A stretch of 63,801 nt of DNA, counting the filler, from Octopus bimaculoides (lineage: Eukaryota), in assembly GCF_001194135.2 (NCBI RefSeq). It is 5 parts of 5 records of this genome, joined end to end, with 100 filler letters (N's around TTAATTAATTAA, not from the genome) between each part and the next. Parts side by side here need not be neighbours in the genome. Positions count along the whole stretch, not along the records: positions 40,165 to 54,473 come from NC_068982.1; positions 54,574 to 57,986 come from NW_026384480.1; positions 58,087 to 63,801 come from NC_068983.1; 2 more parts are not named here. One strand, 5' to 3'. Below are positions 52,730-63,801 of this stretch, piece by piece. Numbering within the stretch: position 1 is the first letter of the stretch; every line of letters starts with the position of its first letter. The translations under genes and the position numbers were made by a program. Below the pieces are notes generated by a model. It was given only the letters and a program-made list of their open reading frames with translations, was not told the DNA's origin and searched no databases.

Positions 52730-53334
52730 TTAAGGCTGGTGTGTAAAATTCTTTGATACTCAGAATTCAAATCCTGGAGATGTTGACATTGTTTATCATA
52801 TTTTGGAGGGGGTCAGTAAAATAAGCCAATGATTTATTATGCTTAATAGTCAATTATACTCTTCTCCACAAATGTCAGAACTTGTACTTTGTTGTTGTTG
52901 TTGCAGCTACCACCACTGCTGCCACCACCACTGCTGCCACTACCACCACTGCTGCCACCACCACCACCATCTTAAAAGTATAACATACCCTTTGTTTCAT
53001 ATACAATATACATAAAATATACAGATTAAGAAAAAAAAACCCTTTTAACATTATGATGATTTTTTCTTATGAAAGTGAATGGAGAAAAACCTTTGAGTGG
53101 ATTTGGTAGATGGAAACTGGAAGAAGCTCGTCGTAGCAATCTTCTCTATTCACAGTTATCACATTAGGTTAAAATGTCTTACGGTTAAGTTGGCTCTTAT
53201 GTATCTCCCTGAAGAGAAGATTACATCTTTATCAACATCACCCATTCCTTTGGAAGGAACCATTTGTAATCTTCGAAACATATGTCAGAAATAAAAGAAT
53301 TCATTTAACATATGCGTATTACTCCATTTATTAA

Positions 53335-53383
<49 letters not shown>

Positions 53384-54155
53384 GTGTATGTATGTATGTG
53401 TGTGTATATGTTTGTGTGTCTGTTTGTCCCCCCAGCATCGCTTGACAACCGATGCTGGTGTGCTTGTGTCTCTGTAACTTAGCGGTTCAGCAAAAGAGAC
53501 CAATAGACTAAGTACTTGGCTTATAAAGAATAATCTCTGGGGTCGATTTGCTCGACTATAAAGGTGGTGCTCCAGCATGGCTGCAGTCAAATGACTGAAA
53601 CAAGTAAAAGAGTAAAAGAGAGTCTAATGATGAAAAAAGTGTGTTTTGCATGGAACTTCAGTATTTTACTTGCCTTTACCTGTTACGACCATAGGATTAT
53701 TAGGACCATACAACAGCTACTAAAACAGAGCTTTATAACAGAGTTTAGTGATTTATAAATTATAAAACGTGTTATTGTGTTAATGAAGTTGACCAATTAG
53801 GTTTTAGTCTAAACAATGTTTTTTTATTTGAAGTTTCATTAAGTAGTATGGGAAATTATTTGTTGCTGTACTGTGTTATGTGATATAACTATTTTACACC
53901 TATTTTCTCATTTTTTTTAAAGGAATGGGATTGAGATTTTTGTTGAAGTATTTTATATCATATGTGACCTGGATTTTCTGCATGGGAAAGGAGAAATAGG
54001 TCATTTGTCAACACTAATGTGAACCCAACCCAATGACCCACAGAAATATCTTATATGTGTTACTTGAGATATTTCTGACAGTTATTAACCAAGTCTTATG
54101 GTTGGTTATTAGATTAAACCACTGTTCTTTGGTTCATCATCAAATTTTTAGATTC

Positions 54156-54156
<1 letters not shown>

Positions 54157-54213
<57 letters not shown>

Positions 54214-54473
54214 TAGTTTTATTTTTATAACGTGCTTTCACTTCACTACCGAGCGCAGCTCTGTGCGCCTTGGGTATGTGCTGTGGTTTGCTGTGGTGCT
54301 CTTATGTTTACTGTATTGAAAGTGTTTTGCGTAGAATGTGTGCAGTACCCAGTAGTGCAATTTTCTGTATGTTATATATATTTGTAAGTCCTGGTGTTTT
54401 TGTTATGTATTTGTCTGAATATTTTTTTATTATACCTAAGGCACCTACTATGATAGGAATTGTTTCTGTTTTT
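54157..54473 (-). mobile_element. R4/Dong-like LINE 3' end followed by (TAA)n
   Basis: KTETIPIIVGALGIIKKYSDKYITKTPGLTNIYNIQKIALLGTAHILRKTLSIQ*, a short UTR, then about 17 TAA units (54157-54210). Confidence 0.85.
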
Positions 54474-54579
54474 NNNNNNNNNNNNNNNNNNNNNNNNNNN
54501 NNNNNNNNNNNNNNNNNTTAATTAATTAANNNNNNNNNNNNNNNNNNNNNNNNNNNNNNNNNNNNNNNNNNNNATCATA

Positions 54580-55936
54580 TGTATATATGTACACACGCAC
54601 AGACGCAAATGCATGTATGTATATATGTATGTATAGATGAACATATGCGTACGTCTTCGTATTATTTTACTCTAAGTATGGATGCATGCATGCATACAAA
54701 ATTGCATATATACATGTATGTATGAATGTATATATGTATGTATGCATGCATGTTCGTGTGTATGTATGTATGTATGTATGTTTGTATGTATCTATATATG
54801 TCCCGTATTACTTAAGACGAACATATTTTTGTGTGTGTAGAATCGAATATTAAATTTAATACATATATTAATGTTTGCATTTTTATTGCGTATATATATA
54901 TGAGTGTACAAGCCTATATATAAATACGCAGACACACACACGAAAACAATCGCACAATTATATACATACCAATTTGAATATATGGTTCCTTGCTTACTTT
55001 CAAGCTCTATGCATTCTCTAATTCAATGTTCTAGAAATACAAAAGTTTACCTTGTACAATTCCAAACGCACACACAAAATACGTCTTGTTCTTCAGAAAT
55101 TAGATACATAGTTTCTAAGTTGTGGACATTATAGGTCAGTAATATGAAGTTTTAATTTGCTTTATTATTTAGTTATATGCACTCTAACTGTTAGATAAAG
55201 TACGATATTATATTATCTAGGCTAGTGTTTGTCCGAGAAGTTTATAAACATAATTGTATGAATGTGGTTATATATCTGAATACATATATGCATACACACA
55301 CACCTACTCAAACACACACACACACACACACACACATTANNNNNNNNNNNNNNNNNNNNNNNNNNNNNNNNNNNNNNNNNNNNNNNNNNNNNNNNNNNNN
55401 NNNNNNNNNNNNNNNNNNNNNNNNNNNNNNNNNNNNNNNNNNNNNNNNNNNNNNNNNNNNNNNNNNNNNNNNNNNNNNNNNNNNNNNNNNNNATATGCAT
55501 AATATATGGATGTGTAATGAAGGCTTTAGACTCAAACGAGAGTAGCCAGTGTCTAGCCCTCTCCTTCATCAGAAGCTAATCACTTAAAGTTGGTCATTGA
55601 AAGGATGATTACACTGGGTAGTGGTGCCACAGCATGGCCACAGCCTTAGGTCAGAAACATGTAAAAGAATAAAAGTATATGTATTTTGCTGTTCATTTTG
55701 GGGATTTTCTTTGTTGCCATTCTTTGTGCCACCGATTTCATTCACATACATTTAAACACACTTAGATACATTCATACATATATACTGACATAAATTTTTC
55801 TGAATGAGTATGTGCATGTGTGTAAATATATATAAATATATGCATGTAAATACGCATGAATAAAAACATGTATATATCTAATGTATATATAAATGTGTAC
55901 GTGGTGTGTCATATGTATATATATATGTGTATGTCT

Positions 55937-55986
<50 letters not shown>

Positions 55987-57000
55987 NNNNNNNNNNATGC
56001 GTATGTCTTATATAGATATATATATATATATATATTGTCATATGTGTGTATGTATGTATGTATTCATATATGTCATATGTGTGTATATGTGTACATATAT
56101 ATATGTTTAAGTATACGCACATATTTGTGTGTGTGTGCGCTCACGCGCGCGAGTGTATAACTTGAAGCTATGCATAAATTCATTATCGCTTTTCTACATC
56201 AATTGTTTTTCAAATCAGTCAGTGGTGTGTTTCAGAAGAGTATTGAAATGTTTTGTATTTTTATGCCCTTGTGTCAGATATAATCATAGCTTTCATCAAC
56301 GTCTCTGTGAAAACATTATTTATATACCGGAGTGGCTGTGTGGCAGGTACCTTGCTCACCAACAACATGGTTCCGGGTTCAGTCCCACTGCGTGACACCT
56401 TCAGTAATTGCCTTCTGCTATCGCCTTCGAGCGACCAAAGCCTTGGGGCACGGAATCTAAAAGAAGCCCGTCATGTATGTATATATATGTGTGTGTGTGT
56501 GCGTGTGAGTGTGAGTGTGTGTGTGTTTGTGTGTCTGTGTTTGTCCCCTCTGACATCGCTTGACAACCGATGCTGGTGTGTTTACGTAACTTAGCGGTTC
56601 GGCGTAAGTGACCGATAGAATAAGTCCTGGGGTCGATTTGCTCGACTAAAGGCAGNNNNNNNNNNNNNNNNNNNNNNNNNNNNNNNNNNNNNNNNNNNNN
56701 NNNNNNNNNNNNNNNNNNNNNNNNNNNNNNNNNNNNNNNNNNNNNNNNNNNNNNNNNNNNNNNNNNNNNNNNNNNNNNNNNNNNNNNNNNNNNNNNNNNN
56801 NNNNNNNNNNNNNNNNNNNNNNNNNNNNNNNNNNNNNNNNNNNNNNNNNNNNNNNNNNNNNNNNNNNNNNNNNNNNNNNNNNNNNNNNNNNNNNNNNNNN
56901 NNNNNNNNNNNNNNNNNNNNNNNNNNNNNNNNNNNNNNNNNNNNNNNNNNNNNNNNNNNNNNNNNNNNNNNNNNNNNNNNNNNNNNNNNNNNNNNNNNNG

Positions 57001-57034
<34 letters not shown>

Positions 57035-58487
57035 TGTATGTATACACGAAGAGGTGCTGAAAATTTCCTGGTTTTAAGGCTGTTGGGAAAGGCCAGGTTG
57101 GAAACCTAACCTTCCGAGTTCTCCTATAGGGCTTAGAAAAACTGAAGGACCGGAGAAATGAGTGTGTGAATCATAATCTAGTCTTCCTCTATTTTCTTCT
57201 ACCCAAAGCCACGAACTATTCAGTACACCCTCGTATCTATCTATCTATCTATATACATATCTATCTATCTATACATACATACATACATATATAATTATAT
57301 GTATATATATATGTATATATATATGTTTATAGGTATATATATATATATACCAAGCAAACATAGTTCATTTGCAATACTTCTTTAACAAAACCCTTGTATG
57401 ATGGTTGATTTTTGGAATCCAAACATGTGCTAAAAAATTAATAAAGCGATATTCAGTCAATCTTTTCAAGTTTTGGGAATTTGTATATTTATAAATAATG
57501 ATCTACATTGAAACGAAATTGTTAGACTTATTATAGTTATTTATATATCGAATGATACCTGACGAAACCCAATGTCCGCATTTTGATCCAGGTGAGGGAT
57601 CAGTGGTCAGGTTTGTAATAGTTATGATTGTATAATCACTTTATTTATATTTTCTGTTAACAATCATATGAAGAGAGAATGTCATTAATATTCGTTTACT
57701 ATCTCATATATAAGCATATATATACATACACTCTCAGATATGCATATATACACAAACATAGATGTAGGGGATGTATAGATACTTCTGAGCCACATTGTGC
57801 GTAAAGAAAATATATGTATAAGCATGATTGTATCATCATATTATACGCCTGTATATTTATGTGTGTATGTTTCATGTATTTGTGTTTCTGTGTGTATGTA
57901 TATATATATATAATTATATATATATATATATATATTATACATATATGTATATATGCATATAGACTCATATATATATATATATATATNNNNNNNNNNNNNN
58001 NNNNNNNNNNNNNNNNNNNNNNNNNNNNNNTTAATTAATTAANNNNNNNNNNNNNNNNNNNNNNNNNNNNNNNNNNNNNNNNNNNNCGCTTGTTCATACG
58101 CCTGTCTTCGTCTTTTGCTTTCCTGTAAATTTCAAATACACACACACACACACATACATGCCCCCCCCCCACATATATAGATAATATACATGCATGTATT
58201 TCTGTTTAATTTCTCTTATTCCTTTCTGATAAAGGGCATAGGCTCGAAATGTAAAAGACGTTTTCATTTTCCTGAGCGTCAAACTAAAACGCTTGTTCAT
58301 ACGCCTGTCTTCGTCTTTTGCTTTCCTGTAAATTTCAAATACACACACACACACACATACATGCACGCACACACACACGTATATATATTTACGTATATGT
58401 ATGTGTGTGTATACATACACATATACACAAATTCATACACATACTCACACACAATATAGATAGATAGATAGATGGATAGATAAATAG

Positions 58488-58518
<31 letters not shown>

Positions 58519-58570
58519 GATAGATAGATAAATAGATTGATAGATAGATTGATAGATAGATAGATAGATG

Positions 58571-58621
<51 letters not shown>

Positions 58622-59311
58622 GCATACATTTTCAGAGCCATGTTAACACAATGTGATTAGAACTAAGAAAATCTTGTCAAAAAAAGACAAAGAAACGAAT
58701 AAAAACGATCCAAATCTTCTTCTGTTCCGTTTTCCTCATTGTATATTCATGCTCCCTCCCCTATTTCTATTAGTCTGTCCCTCTCTATAAATCTCTCTCT
58801 CTCTCTCTTTCACATTACTGCACACAGAATGACTCAGTTAGCAACATTTACCCACGTGCATTCACCTCGGTACTACTATACCCTTTTCTTCTGTATCTCT
58901 TTCTTATTGTTTTACTCTTTCTTTTCTCTCGCTCAGTTTTATTTTCGTTTTCCTATTCTTTCTGTTTACTCTCTGTTTTTTTTCTCCTTTTTTTCCTTTC
59001 TGTTTTCTGTTTCCTTCTCTAAAGCACAATATGAAAGAGAGAAAGGAAAAGAAAGAGAGTGNNNNNNNNNNNNNNNNNNNNNNNNNNNNNNNNNNNNNNN
59101 NNNNNNNNNNNNNNNNNNNNNNNNNNNNNNNNNNNNNNNNNNNNNNNNNNNNNNNNNNNNNNNNNNNNNNNNNNNNNNNNNNNNNNNNNNNNNNNNNNNN
59201 NNNNNNNNNNNNNNNNNNNNNNNNNNNNNNNNNNNNNNNNNNNNNNNNNNNNNTATGTTCTGAGTCCTATTTTCCCTGTTTGCATCACTGAAGCTATACG
59301 TGTGTGCACGC

Positions 59312-59344
<33 letters not shown>

Positions 59345-59665
59345 ACTAACTAAATGTGCGTATAAGAGAGACAAGATTGAAGGAGAAAGATGGGAAAAGA
59401 TAGGGAGGGAGGAAAGGATCGAGAGAGAGAGATCCAGAGAGACAACTATAAAGAAAGAGAGGGTAAGAGAATCGTTAGGGAAAATGTGAGATGGAAACGG
59501 AGAGTGAAACATGATAGATAGATAGATAAATACAGAAAGTGAGGAGGAGTGAGGTTACTGTTAGTGAGAGTGAGTAAGAGTAATGATAGATAGAGAGGGT
59601 TAAAGTCACACAGAGATAGCTAGGTAGAGAGGGGGGGTGAAGTGAGAATGAAAATAGATAAAGCG

Positions 59666-59701
<36 letters not shown>

Positions 59702-60184
59702 CATAGAGAAAAATGAAAAGAAAAAGATCGTATAGATATTCATATATATATAGATATGGATATAGATATATATATATATATATAAAGAGAGGCATGTTTA
59801 ATTAATGATATATATATATAAATATATATATTCTTTCTGCCTCGTTCGTGTGTATGTAACAATATATTCAGTGCGATCCTGCTGTCTGTCTATATAATGC
59901 ATTTAGCTGCTTAACTGCATGTGCGTGTGGTGTATACATATATATATATATGTGTATATATCTGTGCAGCGATTGTACCAATCCAGGAGGATATTACCAG
60001 TGCAGACTACACACAAGCTACTAAAACCTCATGGTCTCTATATATTTATATTATATTCATTAATATTGTTACTATATGCTATCTATATTACCATTCTATT
60101 TATTATTACCACCACCACCACCACCATCATAATAGTTATCGGTTATTAATATTGTTACGAAATGCTATCAATATTATTATTATA

Positions 60185-60231
<47 letters not shown>

Positions 60232-61108
60232 TATCGTGAGCAAGGTGCTCGTATCTCTTCATTTAGCTTATCTTCTTGCTTGGATCGTCTTGTCATTAAT
60301 TGCTTAATTAGACAACAGCCACGACGACAACAACAAAAGATATGAATGGGACGACCAGCAATAATCACAACAACAACAATAAGAATAATAATAACAGTCG
60401 TGTGGTGGTGGTGGTGGTGGTGGTGGTGATGTTAAATGCTTGACTGATCTGAAATTTATTGTAATTAATGACCGAATTTCAGGCATTATTTTTTAATTAC
60501 CGTTTTGTTAATTAGTGTAGAAACAATGTATGGGTAACTGAAAGACAATTACACATACAAGTGGTTTTTATTTCTGGGGTAGATTGGGGTTGAGAATGGC
60601 CTTACATAAAACAAGGATTCGAATTTCCACAGTTAAAATACGGTTATACCCACTTTTTCTGTGTGTATGTGTATATATATATATAATATATATACACACA
60701 CACACACATCGTTATATGTATTCATATATGTGTTTGTGTAATCCTGTGTGTATAGTTAAATACGTATCTATATTTCCATGCGATGCATATATATTTTCAT
60801 TTAATGTGTGTATATGAATGTATATTCCATGAGATCTCTCTCTCTCATATATATATCCATATGTAATATTTATGTATATACTTTCCATGGCTACATATCT
60901 GTGTCTGTAGGCATGCATGTATATATATTAGGTACTATGTGTATATAGATTGCTATATACGTATATACATTACTTAACATGCATATGTTTGCTCCAAGTC
61001 TATATTTATATATATACGGTTATCTTTACGTATACATCGATGCGTTTACATGTATGTGTGTGTATTTTTTGTGCACGTATGTAACGTGTATATAGGTATG
61101 TATGTATG

Positions 61109-61139
<31 letters not shown>

Positions 61140-62009
61140 AATCTGCGAGTGTGTATGTAGTTATATATACACGTGTCTATTTCTACTCACCTTCCAACCC
61201 CGCTATTTGAACACTGCACGCTACAATTAACTATCTTCCCACCCGTATCCGCAGTTTTTCACGCACACTCGGGTACATTATATATATATATATATTATAT
61301 ATCTGTTTAATGTCTGTTTCTTTGTCTAAAGTGAAATAACTTCGCAAGAGAACTTACTGCCTGCTTTTGTTGGGTGAATACAATGTGTGCGTACGTAAGT
61401 GTGTATGTGTGTGTGTGTATATATATATGTATGTTTGTGTGTACGTATGTGTGTGTATATATATGTATGTATGTATGGATGTGTGTATATATGTGTATGT
61501 ATGTTTGTGTGTGTTTATATATATCTTTGTATGTAGTGTATATGTGTTAGTGTGTGTGTGTATATATGTTTGTATGTAGTGTGTCTATATATATCAGGTA
61601 TGCGTGTGAGTATACGCACACACACATCCACACATATACTTACCAACATATATACACACATGCACAGGCATAGATGCACACGAACATAACGCAAATACAT
61701 ATACATACACATGTACACAAACATATACACACATCTGTATATGTTTGTGTATGTATGTATGTATGTATGTATATATATTCGTGTATGATCGTGTGCATAT
61801 ATGCCTGTGTATGTGTTTATATATGTTTGTGTGTATGTGTCTGTATGTGATAAAATATATGGGTGTGTATGTGTGTATGTGTACACACACACACACACAC
61901 ACACAGACAGACTCATGCACCTCAGATATACAAAGGTGCTGTGGTTGTGATTTAATTAGGTCTCCGTTTTTTTTCAACAAGCACGTGTTTATGTGATATA
62001 TATTCACAT

Positions 62010-62044
<35 letters not shown>

Positions 62045-63020
62045 CACACACACATACACACGTTAGTGTGTTTATATCGTCTTCAAAGTTTTTAATTCCA
62101 CTATAAATGCAGAAGACTGCTGTATGTTCAATGAAACTGCTTTATAAGAATGATTGTTTAATTATGCATGTACTTTATATATACACGCGCGCACTTAGGT
62201 ATGTACGTAGATGTGCGTGTGTGTGTGTGTGTGTGTGTGAGAATGTANNNNNNNNNNNNNNNNNNNNNNNNNNNNNNNNNNNNNNNNNNNNNNNNNNNNN
62301 NNNNNNNNNNNNNNNNNNNNNNNNNNNNNNNNNNNNNNNNNNNNNNNNNNNNNNNNNNNNNNNNNNNNNNNNNNNNNNNNNNNNNNNNNNNNNNNNNNNN
62401 NNNNNNNNNNNNNNNNNNNNNNNNNNNNNNNNNNNNNNNNNNNNNNNNNNNNNNNNNNNNNNNNNNNNNNNNNNNNNNNNNNNNNNNNNNNNNNNNNNNN
62501 NNNNNNNNNNNNNNNNNNNNNNNNNNNNNNNNNNNNNNNNNNNNNNNNNNNNNNNNNNNNNNNNNNNNNNNNNNNNNNNNNNNNNNNNNNNNNNNNNNNN
62601 NNNNNNNNNNNNNNNNNNNNNNNNNNNNNNNNNNNNNNNNNNNNNNNNNNNNNNNNNNNNNNNNNNNNNNNNNNNNNNNNNNNNNNNNNNNNNNNNNNNN
62701 NNNNNNNNNNNNNNNNNNNNNNNNNNNNNNNNNNNNNNNNNNNNNNNNNNNNNNNNTATATATATACATGTTTTGTACGTATTCATGTATATATGAATGG
62801 CTGCGTATACGTTTGTATGCACACACACATACACGTGTGTGTATATATATAATGGATGTGTGTATATATAATGGATGTGTGTGTATATATGTGTGCGCGT
62901 GTATATATATAATGTATATGTGTGTGTATATATATAATGTGTGTGTGTCTATATATATGTGTGTATATGTGTATTTATGTGCGTATGTGTGTGTATGTAT
63001 GTATGTGTGTGTGTGTGTGT
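54580..63020. repeat. Extended microsatellite-rich region: (TA)n, (CA)n, (TATG)n, (GATA)n, (GA)n, (CAT)n
   Basis: Directly visible, with many adjacent N-gaps. Confidence 0.95.
57047..57233. mobile_element. Mariner-derived MITE
   Basis: cgaagaggtgctgaaaatttcctgg...ccacgaactattcagtacaccctcg|TA: imperfect mariner-type TIRs in a TA microsatellite. Confidence 0.6.
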
Positions 63021-63249
63021 GCGTAATACTTTCACTTTAGAACGGAAATACGTCGAATCGAGGGTAACTAACAATTGGTTCATATTGACATATTTTAGTG
63101 AGGAGAAACGGGTACACATCCGACTTGCTGGACCTGGATATATGAATGGTACCTGTTTTATCTGTCCCTGGAAGAATAAAAACGACAAGGTGAACGTCGC
63201 CGGTCTTGAACTCTAGTTTTCAAGACACTTAAGCAGTTTTGTCGATCAG

Positions 63250-63725
63250 GTAAAAATAACTGTCAAACATCCCTCAAATCATACACCACTGTCTTACGTA
63301 TATATTTGTCAGAAGGGGACTTCTATGTTATAGCTTGACCTGGTTGAAATAACAGGTAAATCTCTCTCAAATCACACCTCACTGTGTGTGTATGAATCAA
63401 TGAGAGTGACCTATTTGGTAAACCTACTAGAAACCACTGCTAAATCTCACTCAAATCATACCTTACTGTCTTATCTGAGTATGAGCCAATGTGAGGCCTC
63501 TAAATGGTAGCTAGGCCTGTTAGACCTCGCAGCTAAACCTCCTTCAAATCACATGTATGTATTTATGTGTCTAGGAGCCAATGTTCTTTATATGATAGCT
63601 AGACTTGGTAGAAATAGCAGCCAACTCTCTCAAAATAATATCCTACTGTCTCATGTATGTATGTATGGTAGTTAAACCTTGTAGAAATAGCAGTCAAATC
63701 TCCCTCAAATCTGCATTCTACTGTG
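63250..63725 (+). repeat. Minisatellite, six diverged 75-93-bp units
   Basis: A ctcaaatc core recurs at ~63271, 63364, 63448, 63541, 63627 and 63702 within agaaatagcagccaaatctccctcaaatcacaccctactgtc-like units. Confidence 0.75.
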
Positions 63726-63753
63726 TTGTGTATATGTGTGTGTATACATACAT

Positions 63754-63794
<41 letters not shown>

Positions 63795-63801
63795 CACATA
63801 T

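Noticed and set aside
59969-60030. DCTNPGGYYQC, an EGF-like peptide after a plus-strand AG
   Set aside because: It lacks the following Cys, a stop follows within five codons, and there are no partner exons.

Overview
AT-rich, microsatellite-saturated animal genomic DNA with many N-gaps. The SINE/LINE families and (CA)n/(TA)n/(GAT)n density suggest an octopus (cephalopod) draft assembly; this is inferred from repeat content, not a database result. One host gene is confidently recognisable: MZT1/MOZART1 (30941-31141, minus). Almost everything else is transposon-derived: several tRNA-derived SINE families, RTE LINE remnants (one subfamily carries a PHD finger), R4/Dong-like RLE LINEs, Penelope-like GIY-YIG fragments, mariner and maT (DD37D) transposase relics, MITEs and MULE-like foldback elements. 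The two most notable signals are a near-complete type I hammerhead ribozyme at the 3' end of a Penelope-like element (27999-28103, minus) and a ~1.9-kb Helitron-like composite carrying pieces of three other repeats, present twice in inverted orientation 40 kb apart (5591-7513 and 45948-47714). No new multi-gene system is supported. Most long ORFs in the supplied track are microsatellite or N-gap artefacts. Repeat boundaries were read by eye and are approximate.
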